From contig CM052818.1 in assembly GCA_028534125.1 (NCBI GenBank), positions 43,774,001-43,838,000 of the forward strand: a stretch of DNA of 64,000 nt. The letters run 5' to 3'. The notes beneath the pieces were generated by a model. That model did no database searches, was not told the origin of the DNA, and saw nothing but the letters and a program-made list of their open reading frames with translations. A program made the position numbers and the translations under genes. This document shows, piece after piece, positions 51,010-64,000 of the stretch. Positions within the stretch are counted from its first letter, which is position 1, and every line of letters starts with the position of its first letter. The DNA comes from Lama glama (lineage: Eukaryota).

Positions 51010-52499
51010 GAGCCCCATCAATGAGAACTGATGCCAGTGAGTAAGAAACAGCCGACCATCCATCCTGTATCCACGGGTCTCAGCATTCTCGCTAAGCCTT
51101 AATCATTGCATCGTAGTATCTCTGCCTGCCACTCACTAGTCTTCACAATAATCTCCAATGGGATATTTTTTTCCTTAAACAACCAGTCTTTCCCAGTTTG
51201 GTACCAATAGCATGGGTCCCAAGTTCCAAGCCAGTCTGATGGCAAATGTACTTTCATCTTTTCTCACGGACTTTGCATGTGGATTTTTCTTTCTCTGTGT
51301 AGTCTGCTCGCACAAATAGCTTGATCAAGAAACTGAGAATGAGGAGAGTAAGTCTGATGATACCTTATGTATAAATATAGTTTATAAAGTTTCTTTCACT
51401 CTTGTTTTATCTTCTGTTTTTGCTTTCTTGTTCCTTCATTCTTATAAAGAAAAACACAAAGACATTTCTTTGCTTGGAAAGCACTAAACCCTGTAATCTC
51501 TTGTTTCCCCTCATTTAAAAATGTGTCTTACTACTTTCTCAAATGGGAAAAAAATAACTATGTTTCTGGTTCCCTTCAGTTAGTTGCTTCCCCCTAAAAT
51601 AATCCATTCACACAAAAGATCTCATGAGCAATATATAATTTACTGGAGGTTGCATTGAGCCAACAGAGGGTTTATGCTGGCCTAGCCAACAGCAAATTGA
51701 AATCTCCCTTAGACAGCTCCTTGGTGTCAAAAATTTTCCATGGCGGAGGCTGGCTGGTGATTCTGTTCATTCTTTGAGCTTTCTCCCTGCCTCCCCAGCT
51801 CTTTCTGGTTTAGCTGCAGTTTTCATGTGACCATCCAGACTCTTCTCCTGTGTGAGGTAATGCAGTTATGTCTTGCTGTATTTTATCTTGAAACTTGCCC
51901 ACCCACCCACCACCTTACCTGCCCAAACAAAAGGCCCCTGCACCTGCTGGGAGATCTATGCTACTTAGAAACGAGAGGCTGAAAGTAACAAAACACACTG
52001 TCTTCTCTTCTGCTGGATATCCCAGAAGGTCTGAATATTAGTTCAATAATGATGTTCAAAACTAGTACGAACAACATTCCACTAAACAGAGACGTTAAAC
52101 TCTGCTTTTGAGCAGAACCCTCTGCTGAAAGATGAGTCAAACCACTGCCCGTGACCGTGCTCTACAACGTGATGTGTGTGATGCACCTGCTTCCTGGCTT
52201 TAATGTGCTGCCGACACTTCATCCCCGTTTTGAAGCCAACCTCTCGACTCCCCCGCTTACAGCCTCCCACCAAATACAACTGCTTTTCGGTGCGTGGAGA
52301 GAAATGAGGGATTCCATTTTAAAAGTAGAAATACAATGAGATTTCCTGTTTGTTTCCCACAGGCAGTGACCTTCTGAGACCGGGATACGTCTACTATCCT
52401 GATAATAAATCGTAGGTTATATAATGAAACGAAGTATTTGGGTTAAAGGGGAATGACTGGTTCCCAGATTTCCTTCTGTCACCTGACTTTCTAGAGCGT

Positions 52500-54130
52500 T
52501 TCATCTTACCATTTATTCATTTTTCTCACTAATTTAAAAATATATAGTGAGTATCTGTGCGATTCTAGACCTTGTGTTAGGTGTCAGAGATGCTAAACTG
52601 AATGTCCTGACCTCTGCCCTGAGGAAGGTTCGATCTAGCCACGTAGGAGAAAAGATGAGCAAAGATTCTTGATTAAAATTATGGATAATAATGATTAGAT
52701 GATGATGGTGGTGGTCGTGGTGATGATGGCTGACATCCATTGTACCAGCTACCATGTGACGCAGTTGACCTATTTTGTCTTATCTAATCTTCACCACAAT
52801 CCCTGGAAGTATGCACTATTCATATTTATTCTATCAGTGAGGTAGCAGGAGCTAAAGGAGACCCAGTAACTTGCCCTGAGTCAGAAAGCCACCACGGGGT
52901 AAAGCCAGGATCCAATCCAGGTGTGTCTGAGACTAAGTCTACACTACTGACACTTCTGTACAAAACATAGGCAGATGCTGGAAAAAGGGACAAGGGGCTG
53001 GATCAGAACAGAGAGAATAATAGCTGCCCTTGCCTGCGAGCAGTCAGGGAAGACTTCACGGAGGAGGTGGGATTTTTGCTGGCTCTGAAGGCAGAGCATC
53101 TTGTGGCAGAGCTGTGTAAGCAGGGAGAGAAGAGCACATCCACGGGCCACACTAAGGAAACGTGCAAAAACAGACTTTGTTTTGGTGAAGAGGAGTAGGT
53201 GAATGTCCAAGATCTTGGGATAATTAATAGGAGTTGTCCGGAAAACTGGCCTGAAGGTAGTTTGGAATCAGGTCATAGAAGACTCCTGACTAGCAGATTC
53301 AACTGTGCGAGACGTTACCTATGCGTATGTGTTTAATAATACTACCCACACGGGGCTATGATGCAGAGAAAGTGACATGCTCTGACACTCATGAAATATC
53401 CAGTCATTCCCCACTTCACACCACCACCAAGGCTCAGCGTTTCTAGCTCCAAAACACATCTCAGATACATCCAGTTCCCCTCCACTCTATGCGTGCCCCC
53501 TAGACAAAGCCCCTCTCGGCCCTCACCTGGACCACCAGGACCACCTCCTGAGCGGTGATCTGCTCCCAGCCCTGCCCTCCTCCAGTACAAGGTCCACCCA
53601 CACCCCCGCATCAGGGAAAACCCTCTTCAAACACCAGTGTGATTGTGCCACTTCTCTGATTCAAAACTTTGCATCTAAGATAAAATTCAAAAGCATTCAC
53701 AGGGTCCGACACCCTGTGGTCAGGGACGGACCCCTCTGCAGCCTCTTCCGGAAACCCTCTTCCTCAGATTACTGTCACTCAGCGTGCCCCCTCGCTCCTC
53801 CAGGGCGCTGAGCAGAGCAAGGCCCTCTCTGTCCGTGGCTTTCAGCCACACTGTGCCCTCGATGCAGGGCTGCAGGGCTGCTCCCAGACTTGTCCGTGGC
53901 CCAAGTCCCATGCAGCCTTGCTGGATGCATCACCCTTGGTCAGAGCAGCCCTCTTCCCCCTCATCTAGATTCTGGTCTCCCCCATAGTCCCCTTCACATC
54001 ACTTACATGGTTTGAACCTCCATGTTCATTTGAGTTATTCGTACTCCCTCCTCTCATGTAACCAGGGCAGAAACCTTGTTGGGTTTGAGTCCCCAGCATG
54101 TCCTCAGGACCTCAGTGCCGCCTGGCGCAG
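52500..54130. mobile_element. Mosaic of L2 (-), MIR (-, ~52690-52940), L2 (-) and L2 (+, ~53400-54130) fragments
   Basis: L2 motifs 'cagtcagggaagacttcacggaggagg' and 'ctcacctggacc'; MIR 'cagtaacttgccctgagtcagaaagcc'. Confidence 0.55.
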
Positions 54131-55598
54131 CCCCTGCCCCATGGAGGGACACCGTAACTACATTTGAATGCGTGGACCAGTGGACAAGTAAGTAAGCACA
54201 TACCAGCTGGAATTCTTGTTTGAAAAACACATCTCAAACCCTGAAACCATCTTGCTTCTCCCTTCAGAGGAAATCACCACCCATCCTCGTCCCCTGACGT
54301 GGATTTGGCTTTTGCAGAAAGCTTCAGAGTTATCAGGAGGCAGGACTGTCAAGAAAAGCGGTTGGCCAGACCAGAGGAGACCCTGGGCACTGCTCCATGA
54401 ACGAAGGGCAAGTTTCCCCTGTGGGGGTCCCGGCAGGGTGCTGAGGGGGTGTGGGCAGAGGAGGCGTGTGCAAATGTTCCAGCCATGGTTTCCCTGGAAA
54501 ATCATTTCAAAGGCAATGCCTCCATCTGTATGTGTGGCAACCTGGCACATTTAATAAGCACCAGGCTCAAGACCTTTATCATTAAATTGCCTTTTGCTTA
54601 AACTGCGATTCTGTGACTTCCGATCCCATATTGTATCAACTGCAGTAGGCTACTGTGCCCCCATCTGTCCCTCCACCCAAATAAATGTGTTGCACAAGGT
54701 GTTCATTTGCAAGAACTGTCTAAAAGTCTGCATCTGCTTATAGAGGGAGGAACTACAAAGAGCGATTTGCTGCAACGTTCCTGGCGTTGTCTGTGCGGGG
54801 ACCCGCTCACGGGAGCTGCATCAGGAATTTCCCGACATGCTGTTCCCGATGCTTTTGCCATCGGCAGCTGTCGCGATGCCAACTGGCGGCTCCCGGAAGC
54901 CTTGCTCCCCCCCGGAGACAGAACAGTCTCTGTCGCACTGGCCAGCTGCGGGCCCACCATCCCCGTCTGCTGCTTGATCACGGCAGCTGAGAAACAAAAG
55001 CCTCCCTGTCAGAGGGCATGCCTGCCACACGGAAAGACGCTCCTCCCTTTGACTCTTTCTGCTCTCGAAAGGCACCTCCAGTTTGCAGAGCAGAGGGCCA
55101 TACACAAAGCAAAGCAGTGCCCACTTCAGGATGGAAAGAGCTTCATTCCTCCAGTTTTACAAGGGAGGTCAGGAAGGAACCTCATAGTCTGTTGGGTCTG
55201 TTTTTAGGGGCCCTGGGCTCCCTAACAGGCTCTGCTGTCAGTGGGGCAAGCGTCCGGGCCCGGCTCTGCGCAGACACCGTTTGGGGTTGGAGGGGTGTTG
55301 TGGTGATTCCTCTCATCCGCAATATCCAACCCAAGTCAGGAACAGGAGGGCCCAGTCATTTAGATTTTAAGTTATGTTCTATCAAAATAACAAGCTGCAT
55401 CATTTGTTCATCTCCGGAGCCCTTCACTTCCAAAACCATGGGCCCAGAATAGCAAAAACAGAGGAGAAATACAAGCGGAAGCCACACAGAAAACAAGGGA
55501 CCGCATGTCAGTAGATGCAGCTCAGCCAGCCCCTTGGCTTCTGGGATCTCCCCTGGCAGCCCGTGCGGGCCTAACCCGCCCTGCCGCCCACCGCCGGC

Positions 55599-56098
55599 NN
55601 NNNNNNNNNNNNNNNNNNNNNNNNNNNNNNNNNNNNNNNNNNNNNNNNNNNNNNNNNNNNNNNNNNNNNNNNNNNNNNNNNNNNNNNNNNNNNNNNNNNN
55701 NNNNNNNNNNNNNNNNNNNNNNNNNNNNNNNNNNNNNNNNNNNNNNNNNNNNNNNNNNNNNNNNNNNNNNNNNNNNNNNNNNNNNNNNNNNNNNNNNNNN
55801 NNNNNNNNNNNNNNNNNNNNNNNNNNNNNNNNNNNNNNNNNNNNNNNNNNNNNNNNNNNNNNNNNNNNNNNNNNNNNNNNNNNNNNNNNNNNNNNNNNNN
55901 NNNNNNNNNNNNNNNNNNNNNNNNNNNNNNNNNNNNNNNNNNNNNNNNNNNNNNNNNNNNNNNNNNNNNNNNNNNNNNNNNNNNNNNNNNNNNNNNNNNN
56001 NNNNNNNNNNNNNNNNNNNNNNNNNNNNNNNNNNNNNNNNNNNNNNNNNNNNNNNNNNNNNNNNNNNNNNNNNNNNNNNNNNNNNNNNNNNNNNNNNN
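55599..56098. other. Assembly gap (exactly 500 N)
   Basis: Direct. Confidence 0.99.
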
Positions 56099-57112
56099 GC
56101 CTTTGCCAGAGAGGGACACTGAGACTAAAAGGGGACGAAAACCCGAAGTTCTCAGGCGAACCAGCCTCCCCCAGTGACAGTGGTGGATTGCTACGCGAAA
56201 GGAAAAGGCCCGTGCTTCTCTCACCCACGTGCAACGCAAACACTCCCCCCTTTTTAGTCAGGGCCTTCCCTCATGCATTATACGCATTGCTTTCATTCCT
56301 GGCCTCCTTCGAAGGCAGGCACAATAGCCCACTATAAAGCACCATTCACACGGCCCACTCAGCCCTTCTCGTGCTCGTGCTGCACAAGCACATGCACGCC
56401 CAAGTGCCCACCCCTGCAGGACCCACACGGCGGCCTTCGCTCCTTAGTGGCAGGGCGTCTCCACACGCTCTCACTGTGTCTTTGACCTGTGCACTGCATC
56501 CTCGGGCACAGAGCTAGGGGACTCTCCAACACACCCGGTGCCCCTCCTCTGTTCCTTCAGTGTCATATTTGTCTGCGCAGGAAGGTGTGCCCACACTCCC
56601 CTGTAGGGAGGACTATGAACCCGGCGCAGCAAAGGGCCCATCCTTTCGTAGGTCTGGGGCCTTTACACACTTGGCTCAGGGTCCGCGGTCCGGCCAGAGT
56701 GGGGACGGCAGTAATGCTAATGGCAATCAGCCATACACGGGCTCATTTATCTTCATCTCTTTGAATCGGATTTTTTAACACCTACTCCCTCCATCATGGA
56801 TACAGGAGAAAATAGTAAGGTTAGGTTAATGCCACCAGGGGAGGAGGGTGGAGGGAGGAAATAATTGGACTCAAGAATGTGCTTCCGCAGCCTTGATTCT
56901 GCTTGTGTTCACTTACGCCTTTTAGGGTGAACCATTCTTGTGATGACTTTAGGAAATTAAAACAAAAACAAAAACAAGCATTCACTTTCTGATTAGGCAA
57001 AAGCTACCAGTGTTATAAAACCAGCACAAAACCTGATGGCAGGTGAAACAGAGATTGACTCTCTAGTTTGCCACTGAAGACCTTTTTGACCTTGGAAAAG
57101 CGACATAAGATC

Positions 57113-57571
57113 TTGAGCATCTTTCCATATGCTTATTTTCCATCGATCTGTCTTCCCCAGTGAGGTATCCGCTCATATTTTTCGCCACTTTTTGTTTTTT
57201 TTTAATTTTTCCAGCTTTATTAATTCACATATAGCATTGTGTAAAGGGCACAATATGTTGATATAATACACTTATATAGTGCAAAATGATGACCACCCAA
57301 GTATTAGCTAATGCTCCATCATGTCACATAATTACCATCTACTTTTGTGGTGAGAAAACTTCAGATCTATTCTCTTAGCAGCTTTCAAGTGTAAAATACA
57401 GTGTTATTGACGCTAGTCACCATGCTGCACATTGGATCCCCAATCTACCATCCTACCAGTAGACCACATCCTTGCCAATGCTGGTCTTTTTTGATGATCT
57501 TTTGATGGAGTGAGATGGTATCTCCTCATGGTTTTCATTTGCATTTTCCTGATGATTAGCGATGCTGAGCA
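57113..57571 (-). mobile_element. L1 fragments including an L1MA-type 3' end (~57188-57441)
   Basis: 'ttgagcatctttccatatgcttatt', 'ttgtggtgagaaaacttcagatctattctcttagca', 'gagatggtatctcctcatggttttcatttgcattttcctgatgattag'. Confidence 0.75.
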
Positions 57572-57574
57572 CAG

Positions 57575-58276
57575 AGGGAGCTGGGAAGGACCCAGGCAGC
57601 TGGCGTCAGAGAATGCCGACACCTGTGGCGTGAAGGCTGGTGAAACCTGCAGGGGGTCTGCAGTGGCTTTGCTGGCTGCTGGTTTCCTTGGTGGCAAAAT
57701 CTGCTGGGTCTGTGGCAGAGCAGGTCACTGCGAATCTTGATCGCTCCCACAGCTTGGCTGCTGCTGGAAGCGGGACCTTTGTGTGGGGCCCCACATCCTA
57801 CACTTGCCTTCCTGGTGGGGGGAACTCTTTCTACTCAGGAAGTTCCCTCTTGGTGCCGAGACGTTCCAGCGTCGGGGATGGGATGAGGTGGGCAAAATGA
57901 GACTGCCCTCCTTCTGTTTTCGTGTGCTTATTCTCACACGTTTTGTTTTCCCGTGTTGCTGAAGGTAGTTAACTGGGTTCCAGGACTCTCCCAGGGCTGC
58001 TGTTCCCAGACAGCTGTCTAATGGTTCATCTTTGCAGGAGGACAGAGGCTGGGGTCGCCTCCATTGCCACTTTGGTGACATAACTCCCGCCCACTTGGCA
58101 AAAGGCTTTTTTGTTGGTTTGTTTTCTTACTGTTTAGTTTTAAAAGTTCTTTCTCTAACCTTCCCAAATTGTGTCTCTTTAGTTCTATTACTTTTGTAAC
58201 TAATTCTCTATATTAAATTCCCTCTTTTTGAAATAACTAGAATGCTGTTTATTTTTCTAGTTAGACAATGATTGAG
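57575..58276 (+). mobile_element. Degenerate ERVL-type LTR fragment
   Basis: 3' end 'taattctctatattaaattccctctttttgaaataactagaatgctgttt' resembles old ERVL LTR termini. Confidence 0.45.
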
Positions 58277-59419
58277 GCCTTTCCCACATGTCTTGATTTT
58301 TGTGATTTTTTAAACAATTATCCTAAGGAACCTTGAAATGTCGAGAAAGAGAGTTGTAACGTGTTTCCCAGCTGGACACGTTCTATACACTATGAAACTT
58401 GATATAATTTTAAAAAATGAATGAAGAAAAAAATCAAGACTTTTGGGGGGATTTTTATGAGTAATTAAGTTGCAACGATGGTTAATAGCTTGGAATTCAC
58501 TCATTTACTCATTTATTCATTTAAATGGGACTGAAGGTGCTTCCCTCCTCTCTAGGCAGGAGTGATAGTTTTATTTATATAAACATCTCTTCTTTTTCTC
58601 TCATTCTAGAGATATTTAGAGATTGAACTGGTGTATTATGAATTGTAGTAGACAAAGAGAACCTTCTGGGTAAGTGGGCCACCCTTCTCTGTTATGTCCT
58701 ATTCGCTGATCCAGATCACTTGCCATGAAAGGTGGAGTGCCAGGAAGGCCCGGCCTGCCCATCCACCTCCCCGGGAGTTCACAGAGCTGCTGTCACACAT
58801 GGGGGTCTGACTTGACCTGACCTGATGTGCCATTGCTTTTCCTGTTTTTATTCACCTGCTTTGATGCAATTTTTAGATATCCTGTCTTGGTCTCCAACTT
58901 GGCTGTAAAAACACCCGTGAAGCGATCATGTTCAGATACTATGTGTTTCTGTCCAAACTGAAGTTCACTCTGACCTCAAGGGCAAGTTCCTGGTGCTGGT
59001 GGTGCAAGAAACTCCTTTCAGTGGAGAGATCTGAGCTAATTTGCAATCCACACTTATTGTCTCCGGTCCCTAGTGCTTTCAGTTACTGCATTCGCTTCTG
59101 TTGGCTCAGAGAAACTCAGGTGAAACAGGCTGGGCTTTTGTTTGTTTGTTTGTTTGTTTTTACAAGAGAGAGACAGGCTTGGCTTATTTCCATCACCAAG
59201 CGGTTTCGATTAGCTGAGCTGCTTTCAGCAAAGACAACCGCTGCTTCAACCGGCATCTTTATTCTGTGTCACCGAACAACACGCTTAATTATATTTTTCC
59301 ACTGAAACTGTCATAGTTTGCTGGTGATTTTCAACTACATGTCTGCAGTCTTCATACCACATCTCTTTTAAAGGCTACCCACTCCTTTTCAGCCTGGTAG
59401 CCACCACCCAGCTTTCAGC

Positions 59420-59985
59420 TTCTGTTCTGCCCTTAGAATGACAGTAGCTGCCAGAAGGCTCTCATGCCCGACTCTGGCTTCCCTTATACCCTCCCTGTAG
59501 GGCCAGTCAGATCAGACCATCTCAATGCCAACGTGTAGATAGGCCTCATTGATCCCATAGCACCCTCCTCAGCGTGAAATCCCATAGCACACCGGCCGTT
59601 CATATCTTGTTTTCTGTTTCTCCACCCTCATCTTCTACCACTTCCCTGTGTCCACCCTAACGCCTCAGAGAGCAAGCCCATCTCTTCCCTGGATCCCACC
59701 TTCACATCCTTTAAGATGATCCTTGAACTTTGCTTCTGCTGCAAACCCTTGACATCCCTCCTCCCCGCGGAAGGTACCAGTTCTTTCCTCTTTGTGCTGC
59801 TCATACTCCGCATATTCACCCATTATAATGTTTGTCACGTTGTATCACAAACTTTAGTTTGTACATCTCTACCACCATTAACCTGTGCGTGCCTTGAGGG
59901 TGGAAAACATAGATCTGATTTGTTAAGGCCTCCCTAGAAACTAGCAAAGCCTCAGGCATGTACTAGGGGAACTAGATGACTGAGT
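59420..59985 (+). mobile_element. L2 3' fragments
   Basis: 'ccttcacatcctttaagatg', 'ccttgagggtggaaaacatagatctgatttg', 'ctagcaaagcctcaggcatgtact'. Confidence 0.5.
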
Positions 59986-60694
59986 TTGCAAAGCCTTCAA
60001 TCTTTATACAAATTGTCTTGCATTTATTAAAAGGCCAGATTCTAGGCTCTTGCAGAAATATGAATATGTGGGAGATTCACTTTCTGCTACGAAGCAACAT
60101 AGGCTGTAGAAGAAGGGGTAAACCACATACACAAATACTTTCATCAGAAGACAGCATGGGAGAAGCCAAGGCAGAGGGGAGGCAGCTCTAAAGTAGACAA
60201 AAGTACTAGTCAATGGCATTGTTTCAACGCAGTAATGGACGACTATTTATCCGGAAAGACAACATGTCTTGGGTTCCTTAAATCCCACTGCCAGTGAGGC
60301 AGAGGTGGACTCTTCACTGAAAAATGATGGTCTAGCCATCATATAATTGATTGCACCAGCTGCAGATCCCCAAACTGAAAATTGCTTTGAGCCGAAAAGT
60401 GCTAGAAAATGAAATTTCTTGGGGAATTCACTGGAGATTCTCCCTGAAAATTAACATGTCCAATTTTCTTCAGGTAGCATGCATTAGGCATCTTATTAGC
60501 CCTCCTCAGTAATTGCAGCCTTTGGGTTTTTTGAGCTAAAATTACATAATGGTAAAATGGAATCTTAGAATTATATTACTGGGAGAAAATTAGAAAAGAT
60601 TCTGTGGATGTCTCATTGGCTGCATTTTAATGTAGAAAAGTGGAGATATTTATATATATGTATATCCACGACTCAACTCAAATCTCAAACTGTA

Positions 60695-61290
60695 TGCATT
60701 AATTTTCCATTGCTGCCATAACAAATTACATCAAATTTAGCAGCTTAAAACAATACCCATCTATTAACTCGCAGCTCTGTGAGAACTGTCAGAAGTCGAG
60801 GTACAAGGTGGTTTCTCTTCTCCTCTGCGTAGAGTCTCACAAGGCCAAAATCAAGGTGTTCAGGCTCCGTTTTGAAAGCTCTGGGGAAAAACACTGCTTC
60901 CGAGATCACTCTGGTTATTGACTGAACGGGGCCATTGCAGTTGTAGGGCTGGGATTCCCAGCCTCTTGCTCCTAGAGGTCACATGCCTTTCCGCTCATAC
61001 GTTCCATGTGGCCCACCTCCAACAATGGTGGGTCAAGTCCATCCCGTGCTTTGAATCTCTCTGACTTCTGCTGCTGCATCTCTTTAACTCCAACATGAGA
61101 AAGTTATCTGTTGTAAGGTATACTATAATTTGATTGGGTCTACCCAGATAATCCAGGATCATCTACCTCTCTTGAATTCAAAAACCTTAATCATATCTGC
61201 AAAGTCTCTTTTACCATGGAATGCAACATCATCACAGACTCCAAGGATTAGACTGTGGACACTTTGGGAGCCATTAGTCTGCCTAAGACA
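60695..61290 (-). mobile_element. MLT1E-type MaLR solo LTR
   Basis: 'attgctgccataacaaattac...gcagcttaaaacaatacccat', 'gagtctcacaaggccaaaatcaaggtgt', 'cccagataatccaggatcatct', end 'ctgcctaagaca'. Confidence 0.85.
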
Positions 61291-63499
61291 CTATGTATGT
61301 AAAGTTTGCCAAGGCATAAATGTGTGAAGATTAGCCAGTCAGTTAATTGGATTTTTACATATGCATAGAGATCAGATAGGTGTTAAAATCAAATAAAATG
61401 GTGACGACTTGAGGATTCCCCTGAGCAGATAAAACTAGTCAAGCCACATAAGCAAAATTTAATCTAGGTCATTTCATGGATGTAAACAATATTTTACTTA
61501 GGTTATGTCTTCTAAATGCCTCTAATAATTGTAAATGAAACCTACGCTGTCTCCTAAAATGGCATAAAATAATCTTTCAGCCAGTCCTCTACCATCTGGA
61601 AATCCCCATGTCATGGTAAAATCATAGAAAAGGCTAACTTCCTCATTCCCCCTTTATAAGCCATCCTATAATGATACACTTCTGAGCTTCATGCCACTTT
61701 GGGGTTTGAAGTCTCCTTGTTTTGGAAGAGTTTCTCACTTGACAAAATATTCGTATCAAGTAAACCTCTTTGAAATTCTATCTGGTACAAGCCTATGAAT
61801 GAATACAGTAGATTCAGGCACATAACAGATGTTCAGTAAATGCAGTTCTTAAAGATACTGATGTGTTTGTTCATATACCTCCACAGCTGGCCAATACACC
61901 TAGCTGAGCATATGTTCAGACACCAAGACAGACCTAATGATTAACTTTGTTTTCACGATTCCTGATGTTTCCCAAGGAATATTTTTATGAAGTTTGCAGG
62001 TCAAAGGATGAGATTTCTGCTTTCCCAGGCCAGGAAAGAAGGCAAAGGAAGCAGCATCCAAGACAGGGATACTATTGTCCCTGTGTCCTAGACCCTCAGT
62101 ACTTCCTGCATCTCTGGATGACTCAGCTCACTTCCAATATCTATAAATATAAATCATGCGTGGGAACACTGCAGCTCACTGATTTTCACCTTGTCTCTTT
62201 GTGGTGGCTTCCAATTGTCCCCAGCGACCCCAAATACTAGCATAGAAAGGAATATCACCACAAAATCAGTTTAATAGTGGTAGGTCAAGAGTACTTCACA
62301 GCACAACACATGGTGCAGAATGAAATGAAAGTTGAGTAAATCAAGTTCAAAGAGAACATATCAAACAGCCAAACTGAGTTAGGGTTCCTGCTCTTCTCCC
62401 ATTGATGCCTCACAAAAATATCCAATAGCAGCAATTTTTAAAATGTTTTTAAAATATTTTGCCGATCTTTATTATCAGATGATTCTTCTCTACCCTTGAT
62501 CATACGCATTGTTAAGCACTCTGATTTCTAAATTCATGGCAGAGATCGGATGAGCACATGCTATCGAGCAAGTCAAAACTGATGTGATAAAACATTGCCA
62601 CTGACCTCGCTGGAGATCCCTGTTGGAAACAGATTTTTCACAAAACAACTACCGAGTTTGCAGTGGGTGACAAGCACCATGTGACAATAACCAAGTGTGA
62701 TGGACTCTATTCTATCTTAACAATAATTGACTTTGTTACATTTTTTGGGGGTTATTAAAAATGCAAGACTTCAAGTCCTGCAACTTGCTAAACAGCCCCT
62801 CTATTCGCCTGGGCTTCTTTCTCTCCTTGAACCAAGAACGAGTTGCTGCCCACGTGCATGGCAGTGACGAGCTCACACTGATTTAGAGGCTGGGTGGGCG
62901 GAGGCGTGGAAGGAAAGTGGGCCATCCCTTCTCTGTGTTCATAGACCAAACCACGCCAGTTTCAAAAGCCACTTATTTAAAATAAATAGGAAAAAATGAA
63001 GCACGTCCCCCCTCAGGTTTCAGAAAAATCATATAAAATTATACCTGCACAGATTCGTTTTGTTTTACCGAACACAACCCAAAGTCATCCCAAACCTCAC
63101 ATTTCTATTCTTCCAATTTGACTGGCTCAGGAATTTGGTGAATCACACTGCAGGGAAGACAAGCCCACTCCATTCACACAAACAAATTGTTTTTGTTTCC
63201 ACTCATCACTTGCATGAACAAGCGCGTCAGATGCATTAGCTGACTGCTCCGTTATCTTCAAGGCACTCTGAAGTTTTTAAACTGGCTCCTTGATAGATCA
63301 TTCTTACTGAGATTTTTGAAAAAGTGGTTTGGAAGGATGGATTAAACCCCTTCCCCTTAGCTATTTATGTAGTGCTAAGCCATAGGAGAGACTGGTTTAT
63401 TACAAGAGTTTGCAACATAAGCAGAGTCTCTATCCTGTACAGCAGTACTAACTGAGATACTCATTCTGCACCGTTTATACGAAGTGCCAGAGCTCGTGG

Positions 63500-63715
63500 T
63501 TGTAGGCATATTGAGAATCAATCATGGACAACCCTTTATGATTTATAAAGCACTTCCACATGTATGACTCATCACAATACACGATGTGACATGTTTTACT
63601 ACACCAATTTTCCAGATGAGAACATGGAGGCCCAGAGGTAACTTGGCTTTCGTCAGGCAGGATCCAAACCAAGCTTTGCTCCATACAAAGCTCGACTTCT
63701 TGATCACAAGGCTGT
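63500..63715 (-). mobile_element. MIR SINE
   Basis: 'ccaattttccagatgagaacatggaggcccagaggtaacttgg'. Confidence 0.6.
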
Positions 63716-64000
63716 ACCAATTTCCAAGAGGCGTTTTCTCTTCTTCCCGCTGTGCCTTCTTACTTGCTCTTGCGCCTCCCGTTTGCCATTTGCTGGGAGG
63801 GGAAGTACCCCTTTTCCTTGCAGAACAACCAGGGACTCCCTACCTCCTCCAAGTCCATGCTCCTCTCCCTTTCTCACCCCTATTCCTGTCTCTGCGACCT
63901 GCTCATTCTTCCTTGCTTGCAACTTAAAGAGTCAGGAGAAGATCTTCAGGAATGAGTTGGACGTCCTTCTGCCAAAAAGAAGATTTTCCTTAAAGTGACC

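Noticed and set aside
52341..52409. Plus-strand acceptor followed by AATAAA (mini terminal exon)
   Set aside because: Very short, with no supported upstream exon; likely chance.
52534..52755. ORF with a His-rich run
   Set aside because: Translation of the (GAT/GGT)n tail of a MIR.
54707..55207. 166-aa ORF
   Set aside because: Non-ATG start, no known homology and no splice support.
55356..56337. Four long ORFs (205-295 aa)
   Set aside because: Artefacts of reading through the 500-N gap.
1..64000. Prokaryotic-type systems (CRISPR, operons, defence islands), tRNA/rRNA genes
   Set aside because: The sequence is mammalian repeat-rich DNA; no regularly spaced repeats, gene-dense blocks or RNA-gene signatures were seen.

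Overview
Non-coding eutherian mammal DNA, either intergenic or deep intronic. It is probably a laurasiatherian and most likely a camelid. That is an inference from the young L1 3' sequence at ~16.3 kb, an artiodactyl-type ERV LTR at ~35.3 kb, and my failure to see Alu, Bov-tA, PRE1 or CAN SINEs. I can support no protein-coding gene, tRNA/rRNA or CRISPR array: the ORF track consists of chance ORFs, many lying inside transposon relics or spanning an N gap. The window is rich in old interspersed repeats: about 16 solo LTRs (MLT1, MLT2, LTR33-like and one ERV1-type), L2, MIR and L1M fragments, and hAT MITEs (MER5, MER3, MER58, MER91, MER103). It also has microsatellites and one gap of exactly 500 N. 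Repeat family names come from my recollection of consensus sequences, not a database search, and boundaries are approximate unless a TSD is cited. The best leads are a TSD-flanked chimeric L1/non-L1 retro-insertion (15949-16568), a palindrome-dense insert in an old L1, an unexplained ~120-bp hairpin, a GATA/NKX motif cluster, a strong CTCF motif and a candidate 60-nt exon. I found no convincing novel multi-gene system.
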